A stretch of DNA of 20,000 nucleotides from an uncultured virus (IMG/VR IMGVR_UViG_3300047552_001239) (Duplodnaviria > Heunggongvirae > Uroviricota > Caudoviricetes). The stretch is from IMG/VR virus record IMGVR_UViG_3300047552_001239, one strand, 5' to 3'. The position numbers and the translations under genes were made by a program. The notes under the pieces were generated by a model. That model saw only the letters and a program-made list of their open reading frames with translations. It made no database searches and was not told the DNA's origin. Within the stretch, counting starts at the first letter, position 1; every line of letters starts with the position of its first letter. Shown here piece by piece: positions 8,655 to 16,705 of this stretch.

Positions 8655-10001
8655 TTAAATATTACCTAATTCAGCTTCCGTTAATAATTCATTATAAATT
8701 TTAACAGAAGTTATATGCCCATTAAATCCATTAGAACCAAATTCTAATTTATAAGGAGTTAACTCATCAGGTAGTAAAATCAAAGAATTTACATTAATAG
8801 GATTTGAAAATTTAGTATTATTCAAAGAAGAATATATTTGATTATTAGGTTTATTATATACAAATGCAAATCTTTGTAATTCTTTATTATTTGGAATGTA
8901 ATCAAAATCTACTTCTTCTAGATCTCCTGAATTATTTGCCCAATAAGTTCCATATACCATTCTATTTTGTTCCCACCAATCCTTATCTACTAAAATATTA
9001 TTAATACCCATAGATATTTTTGATGTTCCTAATTGTATATCAAAAACTTTAGGATATCTAATAGTAGAATCTATAAAATCAAAATCTACTATTACACTAA
9101 ATGAAGAATTTGGTACTTTTGGAAAATTATATTCGAACGGCGCAAAGAATTCATCAGAATCCCTCAATACTGGGGAAGCTAATGTTGGAATATAAGAAGA
9201 CATATAAGGTAGCTTTTCTAATTGAGCTCCCCATAATAAAATACCATCACCAGATGCATAAGTGACACCTGAAGTTTTTATTAAATTAATTCTTATACCT
9301 GGATTTGTAGCTCCAGTACCAGAATTAAAAGTATAAGATATTCTCATCCAATTATTATTTATTACAGTAACGCTAGTTACTAAACCAGTAGAAATACTAG
9401 AGGATGTGAAAGTATTTGCATCAAAAATAGCAGATTGATTAGTATTGTCTTTATTAAATGATTCTACTTTAATTTTATTATATTTATTTGCTCTGACAAA
9501 TACTGAAAATGTATATAATGTATTAGAAATTAAAGCATTTGGTGAATTATTAGGGAATGTTAATTCAATATATGAAGTTGTATTAACATCTGCTCCTAAT
9601 TTTAATTCATCTACTGTTGCACCATTATCTGGAGCAATAGTAGTTAATAAATCTACAGCTACTGTACTATTTACATTACCCCATCTTTGAAATTGAGTAG
9701 AATATGGGATTAAATTAGTAGATGATTGATTCTCAACTAATAAACCATTTGCTTCGAATCTTGGTTCATCATATCTAGCATATCTTAATCTACCATAAAT
9801 ATCAATATAAGATGCAGTAGAATTTCTTCTAAAAACAATATTACCAACTCCATGCGTCATGATTATATTGTTTTTTGTTTGAACTGCGAACATTGGGTTT
9901 GCTAACTTCCCCAACATTCCTCGAGAACCAATATATAATTGTGCCTCTGTAGGCTCACTGTATCTTCTTTGTATTTCTTTAAATGATAGTGTTTTAGACA
10001 T
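8655..10001 (-). CDS. Phage spike/fibre protein with LamG-like C-terminus, paralog 3
   Basis: FRRNSTASY, DEPRFEANGLLVE, WMRISYTF, WGAQLE...SSYI, NGHITSVKIY motifs. Confidence 0.8.
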   Translation of the reverse strand: MSKTLSFKEIQRRYSEPTEAQLYIGSRGMLGKLANPMFAVQTKNNIIMTHGVGNIVFRRNSTASYIDIYGRLRYARYDEPRFEANGLLVENQSSTNLIPYSTQFQRWGNVNSTVAVDLLTTIAPDNGATVDELKLGADVNTTSYIELTFPNNSPNALISNTLYTFSVFVRANKYNKIKVESFNKDNTNQSAIFDANTFTSSSISTGLVTSVTVINNNWMRISYTFNSGTGATNPGIRINLIKTSGVTYASGDGILLWGAQLEKLPYMSSYIPTLASPVLRDSDEFFAPFEYNFPKVPNSSFSVIVDFDFIDSTIRYPKVFDIQLGTSKISMGINNILVDKDWWEQNRMVYGTYWANNSGDLEEVDFDYIPNNKELQRFAFVYNKPNNQIYSSLNNTKFSNPINVNSLILLPDELTPYKLEFGSNGFNGHITSVKIYNELLTEAELGNI

Positions 10002-10003
10002 AA

Positions 10004-11356
10004 TTAAACAATTCTAATCTCATCATCGGTTAAAGCCGTATCATAAATTCTAAAATTAGTAATATGGCCATTCAAAACATTTTGAGATAAATTAATAGAA
10101 CTACCTATATTAATTTTACCCGATGGGAAGGTAGCATGTTCAGGAGAAGATGTTTTAGAAATTGTTTTAAAACTATTTCTAAATAAAGTATAATTACCAT
10201 CATCATATCGTAAAGCAATACGATGTTGAGTAAAAGCTTCTAAGCTATCTTCCTCAGTAATACCTAATAAATCATAATATGCTATTAAATTACCATTAGA
10301 TGTAATTTTTAATGAATTATGTTTAAACCCATCTAAAGTAAATACATCTCTTGAAGAATTATGTTTAGTACCTAAAATATCAATATCTAATATATAGGTA
10401 TTTTCTGTTGTTGGATAATTAATAGTTGTATTTAAAATATCAATTTCCAACCAATCAGAAGTTCTTGTTACTGGAGATGATTCTGTAATAATATAAGAAG
10501 ATGCAAAATAATTTTCTTCTAATTGCGCTCCCCAAATAAATACAGTATTCCATAAATTATCTATACCTGCATAATTATCATTAAATGCATTATTAGTTCC
10601 TTCCTGAACTGTATTTATAGTAAATCGCAATGTAGGGAAAGTAGTGTTCGAAGCAGTAGTAATGGTGAAGGTCATTGATACTCTAAACCAACCTCCCCAC
10701 ATTTTTTGTACTGCATATGATGTATTTGAAAAAAAAGATGATCCAACTCTATTATTAAATAAAACTCCATTCTGTAAATCAACATTCACAGAATAAAAAT
10801 TATTTCCTACTATATTAGTAGGACTAACTCCAGATAAATCACTTACTGTTAATTTTGTAAATTGAGAATTATTTTGTTTAACAAATAAACTTATTGTATA
10901 ACTTGAAACGGTATTAATTGGTAATGCTAATGGGATATCTTGATATAAAGCATGTAAAGAAGTATTAGTATTATCTCTTAATTGAAAAAGTTTTCCTAAT
11001 ATTCCATTTGGAGCTGCTAAATCAGTATCTCCTTCACTAACAATAGATTGATAAGTTTTCCAATATTCTGTATTAGTAAATAATTCAGAATATCGTACTA
11101 AATTAGTAGAGGAACCTTCAATTAATAATCCATTCTTTTCAAATCTTGGTTCATCAATATTCGAATAAGATACTAATCCCATACGATCAATATAGGTTGC
11201 GACTGAACTTCTATTAAATGCAACTGTTCCTACGCCAGTCACAGGATTTAGATTATTCTGTAACGGCATATGTAAGATAGGAGCACTTAAAATTCCATAA
11301 TTAGGACTGTTTGTTTGATTTTGTAATGATCCTACTGAAGGGTAAATTCTAGCCAT
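10004..11356 (-). CDS. Phage spike/fibre protein with LamG-like C-terminus, paralog 2
   Basis: FNRSSVATY, DEPRFEKNGLLIEGSSTN, WFRVSMTF, WGAQLE...SSYI, NGHITNFRIY motifs. Confidence 0.8.
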   Translation of the reverse strand: MARIYPSVGSLQNQTNSPNYGILSAPILHMPLQNNLNPVTGVGTVAFNRSSVATYIDRMGLVSYSNIDEPRFEKNGLLIEGSSTNLVRYSELFTNTEYWKTYQSIVSEGDTDLAAPNGILGKLFQLRDNTNTSLHALYQDIPLALPINTVSSYTISLFVKQNNSQFTKLTVSDLSGVSPTNIVGNNFYSVNVDLQNGVLFNNRVGSSFFSNTSYAVQKMWGGWFRVSMTFTITTASNTTFPTLRFTINTVQEGTNNAFNDNYAGIDNLWNTVFIWGAQLEENYFASSYIITESSPVTRTSDWLEIDILNTTINYPTTENTYILDIDILGTKHNSSRDVFTLDGFKHNSLKITSNGNLIAYYDLLGITEEDSLEAFTQHRIALRYDDGNYTLFRNSFKTISKTSSPEHATFPSGKINIGSSINLSQNVLNGHITNFRIYDTALTDDEIRIV

Positions 11357-11363
11357 TTTTATA

Positions 11364-12707
11364 TTACACCATAATTATTTCATCTTTTGAAAAAGCTCTA
11401 TCATAAATCCTAAAATTACAAATATGCCCATCAAAATAAATATTATTAATAGGATCTTCACCAAAATGCAAATATGTATTTACCCCAGCAGTATATGGTT
11501 CATCTATTCCTGTTGTTTCGATTTTACCATCTGCAAAAGTATGAACTGTATTTGAACTTCTAGTATAACCAATTTTATGTTTTACTTTAAAATCAGTCAT
11601 TGCTGGAAGAATATGATCAATTGAAGTACTAGGATTAATAATAAATCCACCTTGATTATTATTTGCTTCTTGAGACCATTTAATAACCCGAGATTTTTCT
11701 CTATTTTCAGGTAACGAACCGTATAAGGAACCAGTCCAAAAAATACTATGGTCACCTATACGATACAAACCTCTTAACACTACTTCTAATAATAATGTAT
11801 GATCAAATGATTGATCAGGTAGATTTCTATCATTTTCTATTACTAATATATCAGAAGCTCTAGTTTCAGCTACACCAGAAGTTGGAATATAAGATGTTGA
11901 ATACCATTTTCGTTCTAATTGTGCACCATATACATTAATAGTTTTATTATTAATATTTGATCCATAAGTACCAATTATTAATCCATAATCATAAGTATGA
12001 GCTGGATTAATTACATCAAGAGATTCTATTGTAAATGTTACCCTATACCAACCATTTATCAATTCTTCAATTCTATAATCTGCAAATCGTGTAATATTTA
12101 AAGTATAAACTAAAGATGGATTAGGTAATATTTTACCAGTTCCATCAAAAGTAAATTGTACTCTTGACATTACATTTGTCGTAGCATTTCTAATATATAA
12201 ATTAAAGGCATCTGTTGAATTAGTTGTGCCTTTCTTTACAAATATAGATAATGTTAAAGCATTAACGCCAGCTTCTGTAAATTGTATTGAACGGGCGATA
12301 AGTTGATTAGATGTTGTACCGGCAGTTGTTAAAGTAGATGCGAACGCGTTACTTTTATTTGTTGGATCTAGAACGGAAGAAGTAGTGACTGCAACAGAAG
12401 ATTTTGTCCAACTAGCATGAGCAAAATTATTAGATATTGCTATATGATTTTTTGTTGAAGATTCTAAAAGAATGCCTTCATATTCGAATCTCGGTTCATC
12501 AACTGGAGCAAATATTAATTTCTTAGTTAATCTATCAACATAAGACGCAGTCGTAGAACGACCAAAAGTTAAACTTCCAAATCCATCATAAACCAAACTA
12601 TGTTCAAATGATGCGTTACACACTGGGAAAGCTATATCCGAAGCTAAACCCAAATAATTATTTACTGTTTCTAAATTTGTTTTAGTTTTAGTAGTTTTTC
12701 TAGACAT
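11364..12707 (-). CDS. Phage spike/fibre protein with LamG-like C-terminus, paralog 1
   Basis: FGRSTTASY, DEPRFEYEGILLESSTKN, WYRVTFT, YGAQLE...TSYI, DGHICNFRIY motifs. Confidence 0.8.
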   Translation of the reverse strand: MSRKTTKTKTNLETVNNYLGLASDIAFPVCNASFEHSLVYDGFGSLTFGRSTTASYVDRLTKKLIFAPVDEPRFEYEGILLESSTKNHIAISNNFAHASWTKSSVAVTTSSVLDPTNKSNAFASTLTTAGTTSNQLIARSIQFTEAGVNALTLSIFVKKGTTNSTDAFNLYIRNATTNVMSRVQFTFDGTGKILPNPSLVYTLNITRFADYRIEELINGWYRVTFTIESLDVINPAHTYDYGLIIGTYGSNINNKTINVYGAQLERKWYSTSYIPTSGVAETRASDILVIENDRNLPDQSFDHTLLLEVVLRGLYRIGDHSIFWTGSLYGSLPENREKSRVIKWSQEANNNQGGFIINPSTSIDHILPAMTDFKVKHKIGYTRSSNTVHTFADGKIETTGIDEPYTAGVNTYLHFGEDPINNIYFDGHICNFRIYDRAFSKDEIIMV

Positions 12708-12723
12708 ATTTATTTTAAATAAA

Positions 12724-12775
12724 TAAAAAAGAAAAACCTGTATTGAATACTAAATAAATAGTAAATAATACAGGT
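12724..12775 (-). terminator. Intrinsic terminator/attenuator hairpin
   Basis: acctgtatt (12736-12744) / aatacaggt (12767-12775) outer stem plus a tacta/tagta inner stem, followed on minus by TTTTCTTTTTT. Confidence 0.7.
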
Positions 12776-12782
12776 CGATGTT

Positions 12783-13169
12783 TTATTCTTTAAAGAACTT
12801 CTCTAACTGAACCATATCTAATGGTGTCAATTCAAGATTTTCAACTGAGTCTAATGAGATTGGAGAAAATTCAATTCTCAATTCTTCTTGTAATAATTCG
12901 TTATATTCCTTTACGAAATCTGGCATATTCTCAGTTGTTACTTTTATTTCTCCTGTTTCTTCAACGGCGGTTCCATATTTCCTAACTAAGTTCATCCTTT
13001 GTTCTTCGAGGAAACCTAATTCCTTAGAAATTTTTGTCAGACATTTCGATAATCGATATGAAACTTTTACCGGCAAACTTAGAGTTGTAATCTTTCTTAA
13101 AGATTCTTCGATAGATTTGAGTTCGCCTAAGGTAAAAATAAGAGTATCATTTTGAGTATTTTCAGACAT
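12783..13169 (-). CDS. DUF1617-like phage protein
   Basis: LPVKVSYRLSK...I..E...LEEQR..LV.KYG...F..E..ELL.EE pattern; RBS AAGGAG. Confidence 0.65.
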   Translation of the reverse strand: MSENTQNDTLIFTLGELKSIEESLRKITTLSLPVKVSYRLSKCLTKISKELGFLEEQRMNLVRKYGTAVEETGEIKVTTENMPDFVKEYNELLQEELRIEFSPISLDSVENLELTPLDMVQLEKFFKE

Positions 13170-13220
13170 AAAAAACAGATCTCCTTAATGTATAAGTCAA
13201 ATTGCGTAATTATTTATATA

Positions 13221-13250
13221 TAAAAAAGAATTTGGATTTTTGGCTCCAAA
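13221..13250 (-). terminator. Intrinsic terminator closing candidate ncRNA 1
   Basis: Minus strand TTTGGA-GCCAAAAA-TCCAAA followed by TTCTTTTTT. Confidence 0.55.
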
Positions 13251-13506
13251 CACTAAAATAAAGTTTAGGTTGGGATGATCATGTTGTATGACCATCCCTC
13301 CCTTAAAAAATTTTTAATTTTGCACTACCCAAATTTAGATAATATAATTATCTAAATACCGGTAAAGATAATGCTGCCGGAATTACTGCTGTCGCCGTCG
13401 ATGATGAAAATTACTTTGTTTTTACAATGATAAAGGACAACATTAAAATATACCCCTAAAAAAGTTTTGAAAATACATCCTTAACAGAATTTCTGTCTTA
13501 GATGTA
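13221..13506 (-). ncRNA. Candidate structured ncRNA 1 (~280 nt)
   Basis: Intergenic region with no ORF >=60 aa, bounded by the promoter motif and a terminator. Hairpins at 13272-13298 (fully paired with one G-U only on minus), 13333-13357, 13359-13380 and 13474-13506. Confidence 0.45.
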
Positions 13507-13525
13507 CTATATAATATCTATATCA
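13505..13525 (-). promoter_or_regulatory. Phage promoter-like motif (18/21 match)
   Basis: Minus strand TGATATAGATATTATATAGTA; 16-bp core ATATAGATATTATATA identical to the other copies. Confidence 0.7.
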
Positions 13526-13533
13526 AATAGTTA

Positions 13534-13734
13534 TTAATTTTTAGGAGTCAATGTAAAATTCTTTATAAACCATTCAGTTATTTCTTTAATCCCCATACCA
13601 TTTCTATAATCTGGAGATTTTAAAAGTTGTTTGGATATTTTTAATACTTGTAAATGTTCTTCTGCATCTTGATAATTATAAAATTCTTCTAAATCATCAT
13701 CGACTTTATATTTTGTTATCTGTATTATTTTCAT
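13534..13734 (-). CDS. Hypothetical protein
   Basis: 66-aa ORF in operon. Confidence 0.6.
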   Translation of the reverse strand: MKIIQITKYKVDDDLEEFYNYQDAEEHLQVLKISKQLLKSPDYRNGMGIKEITEWFIKNFTLTPKN

Positions 13735-14134
13735 TACTTGATAATTTTTTATTTCTTTTTGTAGTGATTGCTACCGGCAATTTATAAATAGTTGCGAAAC
13801 CATCTACAATAAATATAAAATGAGTATATTCTTTAGGATTTTGTTCATAAATAGATAAAACTGTAACTGGATTGGATTCTGTTTTTTCAATAGTTTTATC
13901 TTTTTTAAATCTTGTTGTGATTGTAACGGGAGGTATTTCTCCATACTTTCCTGTATTTTCATTTACTAGTATAACTCTATGAATCATTATTTGATGCGAT
14001 GCAACAGATGATTCATATGTAACGCTAATCGTATTAGATGAAAATTTGGATAATAATTTTTTAGTTTTAATCTCAATTATTTTTCCATTATGCTCATCGC
14101 AGAAATTTACCATTAAAGATTCTAGAATATTCAT
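13706..14134 (-). CDS. Hypothetical protein
   Basis: 142 aa, ATGA-coupled to sspB. Confidence 0.65.
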   Translation of the reverse strand: MNILESLMVNFCDEHNGKIIEIKTKKLLSKFSSNTISVTYESSVASHQIMIHRVILVNENTGKYGEIPPVTITTRFKKDKTIEKTESNPVTVLSIYEQNPKEYTHFIFIVDGFATIYKLPVAITTKRNKKLSSNENNTDNKI

Positions 14135-14577
14135 TTTTTATTTTTAAATAACGGCACAACATTATCATTACTTTCTTTTTGTTCTAATATTTTTTCTTTT
14201 TCTTTTTCTTTCTCTCTTTCTTTTTCTTCTAATATTTTAATCTTTTCTATATCAAATCCAGTTACAAATCCAATATTATTTTCTTTTGAAAACAAAGATA
14301 AAATATGATTAGTAGGAAATTCAACATATTGTGAACTACCTGAAAATCTTGCACGAAATGAAGTTAAATCATCCGTTATTTGTAAACCAACCGCAGCTAT
14401 TGGATTTATATTTAAAATAATTATTCCATCTTTATTTAAATATTGTTGGGGAATATACGGTTGATCTTTTCCATAAACTGCAATAAATGGTGTATAATTA
14501 TTATCCAAACACCAATTAAATGTGGCTAATAATTGATATGTTACTAAACTTCTATTTTTACTTTTAGGATTATTCAT
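14131..14577 (-). CDS. sspB: SspB, ClpXP protease specificity-enhancing adaptor homolog
   Basis: YQLLATFNWCLDNNYTPFI, DGIIILNINPIA, FRARFSG and ILSLFSKEN align by eye with E. coli SspB (YLLRAFYEWLLDNQLTPHL, DGQIVLNIAPRA, FNARFGG, VLAIYAREN). Confidence 0.92.
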   Translation of the reverse strand: MNNPKSKNRSLVTYQLLATFNWCLDNNYTPFIAVYGKDQPYIPQQYLNKDGIIILNINPIAAVGLQITDDLTSFRARFSGSSQYVEFPTNHILSLFSKENNIGFVTGFDIEKIKILEEKEREKEKEKEKILEQKESNDNVVPLFKNKK

Positions 14578-14750
14578 TTACATCGTGATTGTTTCCAAGA
14601 AGAAAAATATATATTATTTCTTGTTATTAAATATTTTTTATTATTCTTTTCAAATAGTACAAAAGCAGTATTTCTTATAAAATTACAATCTAATATCAAA
14701 CAATGTTTGCCGAATTCTGGGGAATCATAATATACTGATTTTTGTAGCAT
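14574..14750 (-). CDS. Small hypothetical protein (58 aa; below ORF-track cutoff)
   Basis: Manual translation MLQKSVYYDSPEFGKHCLILDCNFIRNTAFVLFEKNNKKYLITRNNIYFSSWKQSRCK*. It fills the gap and its TGA overlaps the sspB ATG. Confidence 0.65.
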   Translation of the reverse strand: MLQKSVYYDSPEFGKHCLILDCNFIRNTAFVLFEKNNKKYLITRNNIYFSSWKQSRCK

Positions 14751-14754
14751 ATCA

Positions 14755-14976
14755 CTAAGCTTTGTTCCCTCTTTTAATAAACCAATTTAATGCTTTTATT
14801 ATTAATCGATTATCCCACCAATTTGGAATTTCTCGCTTGGTTTTTTTATCTTTATAGAAAGTAGGACCTAAATATTTATGCCATTCCATAAATACATGAG
14901 ACCCATTATCTAATCGTAATTTATAAAATGGATTTATACAAACTATAGTATTATGAGCTAGTTTTATGCAAGTCAT
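14755..14976 (-). CDS. Hypothetical phage protein
   Basis: 73 aa (MEWHKYLGPTF), ATGA coupling. Confidence 0.7.
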   Translation of the reverse strand: MTCIKLAHNTIVCINPFYKLRLDNGSHVFMEWHKYLGPTFYKDKKTKREIPNWWDNRLIIKALNWFIKRGNKA

Positions 14977-15215
14977 TTTTTTAATACATCCGTTAAAAAT
15001 TCTTGTAGTTTTATAATAAGTTGGTTATTTACTTCATCAAAATTAGAATTTTTAAAATCAATTTCCGAAAGTTTTGATAATAAAAAATCTTTAGTTGATA
15101 AAACAGCACATATCCAACAATCTTGGAATTGTCTCGCCATCTGATAATTATAACGGTCATTTATTCCTTTATCAGTAGGAATACCGTTATTTTTTAACCA
15201 CTGTTCTAAATTCAT
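14973..15215 (-). CDS. Hypothetical protein
   Basis: 80 aa, ATGA coupling. Confidence 0.65.
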   Translation of the reverse strand: MNLEQWLKNNGIPTDKGINDRYNYQMARQFQDCWICAVLSTKDFLLSKLSEIDFKNSNFDEVNNQLIIKLQEFLTDVLKK

Positions 15216-16087
15216 TGGCGTATTATTTTATGTGATATATCATTTTTATGATGATTTTTAATTTTAAACATTTCTTTATCTGACATTTCTAGAATATCTT
15301 CAGCTAAATATTCCTTTTGAACTGAAGATAAATCAATAGAAACTAATCCAAAACTACATGTCATATTTAAATTAGAAAATTTAGTTTTTAATTTATTACT
15401 CATTCTTGATATTACTTCTTCAGAAAGTTCTGGACCTGTTTCTAATAATATTATTGCAAATTCATCTCCACCCATTCTAGCAACAATATCTATTTTTCTT
15501 ACAGATTGAGTTAATATATTAGAAAAGTTTTTTAATACTTTATCGGCAGATATATGACCAACTAAATGATTTACATTTTTAAAATTATCTATATCAAAAA
15601 ATACTACAGTTAGCCATTTTTTATATCTAGTACATCTCATTATTTCATAATTTAATAATTCAGTAAAATGTTTTGAATTATATAAATTGGTTAATGAATC
15701 CCGAATTCCAATCTCTTCTATTTTCTTAATATATTTATTTAATAATAAAAATATAAATGGAAAAATTGATAATGAAAAAAATGTTTGTACATCAAAAATT
15801 AATGGTAAATATTGCAAATCTTTCTCAATAGGATGATATAATACAATATAAAATTTTGATAAAAGAGATATAGCAGTAATAATTAATATATATTTACATT
15901 TTAAAGTAAAACATATTAATAAATATAATAAAACATATATAATACATGGTATTATATATTTTGTTGTAGTGTCAATATAAATTATAAAAAAGAAAAGAGA
16001 GAAAACTAATATTGATTTTATAAAAAAACTACAACATTGTCTTTTTGATTTACTTTTTCTAAAATTAATTTTCTGAGATTCTATCAT
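15212..16087 (-). CDS. Membrane-anchored GGDEF diguanylate cyclase
   Basis: About four hydrophobic N-terminal segments, then RDSLTNLYN, FFDIDNFKNVN..GH..AD, RxxD I-site (RKID) and an intact ARMGGDEF. Confidence 0.93.
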   Translation of the reverse strand: MIESQKINFRKSKSKRQCCSFFIKSILVFSLFFFIIYIDTTTKYIIPCIIYVLLYLLICFTLKCKYILIITAISLLSKFYIVLYHPIEKDLQYLPLIFDVQTFFSLSIFPFIFLLLNKYIKKIEEIGIRDSLTNLYNSKHFTELLNYEIMRCTRYKKWLTVVFFDIDNFKNVNHLVGHISADKVLKNFSNILTQSVRKIDIVARMGGDEFAIILLETGPELSEEVISRMSNKLKTKFSNLNMTCSFGLVSIDLSSVQKEYLAEDILEMSDKEMFKIKNHHKNDISHKIIRQ

Positions 16088-16247
16088 CCAACTCTTTTTT
16101 AATATTTGTATATTGACGCATTATTTGTAATATTTCAGTATCTGATAATATTAATTTTGGATTTATTATTTCTCCATCATTAAAAATCATCCAATAATTA
16201 TTTTGAGATCCTGTCTCACTAGTTACTAAAATATGTCTAATTTGCAT
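16065..16247 (-). CDS. Hypothetical protein
   Basis: 60-aa ORF in operon. Confidence 0.55.
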   Translation of the reverse strand: MQIRHILVTSETGSQNNYWMIFNDGEIINPKLILSDTEILQIMRQYTNIKKELDDRISEN

Positions 16248-16248
16248 A

Positions 16249-16566
16249 TTAATATTCTATATTTATTGAAATCCAATTAATTTGGGTTCCAATTTGTTTT
16301 GCTACTAAGATATCATCTTCTTGTTTAAATTCAATATTTTTATTTCTTACAACGGCAATTTCTCTTCGTAAAATTTCAGAAATTTTTAAAGCTAATTTTT
16401 CATTTACTATAACAGATATTAAATTTCCTTGAATATGTTCGGCTTTTGCAAGCCAATCAATAGGATCATATAAAACTTTAAATAATAATCTTGTTCGTGA
16501 TTCAGATTCAATAACGCGCCATTTAGATAATAAATCTATTGAAAAGTCATCTATTAAGTATAACAT
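16249..16566 (-). CDS. Hypothetical protein
   Basis: 105-aa ORF in operon. Confidence 0.65.
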   Translation of the reverse strand: MLYLIDDFSIDLLSKWRVIESESRTRLLFKVLYDPIDWLAKAEHIQGNLISVIVNEKLALKISEILRREIAVVRNKNIEFKQEDDILVAKQIGTQINWISINIEY

Positions 16567-16653
16567 TTACTTGATCCATATATAATCCAATTCTCAATAT
16601 ATCCTTCTCTATCTTTCAAATATAATTAGAAGTTTTTAAACTATTTGTTATAT

Positions 16654-16697
16654 TAAAAAAATTATACTACCGATACAAATGAATGTATCGGTAGTAT
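16654..16697 (-). terminator. Intrinsic terminator of the Nop/IS110-domain gene
   Basis: Perfect 14-bp stem atactaccgataca (16664-16677) / tgtatcggtagtat (16684-16697), with a U-tract following on minus. Confidence 0.88.
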
Positions 16698-16705
16698 TTA
16701 AATTC

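Noticed and set aside
1973..12707. Diversity-generating retroelement acting on fibre genes
   Set aside because: No reverse transcriptase in the window. The only near-identical long repeat is intragenic, has just 3 clustered differences and is not at a C-terminal variable region.
13343..13459. tmRNA-like tag reading frame (plus strand ...AVAVDDENYFVF..., similar to the ssrA tag ANDENY, near sspB)
   Set aside because: No tRNA-like 5'/3' ends, no ALAA-type C-terminus, and the promoter and terminator point to the minus strand. Probably coincidence, though an ARAGORN run would be a cheap check.
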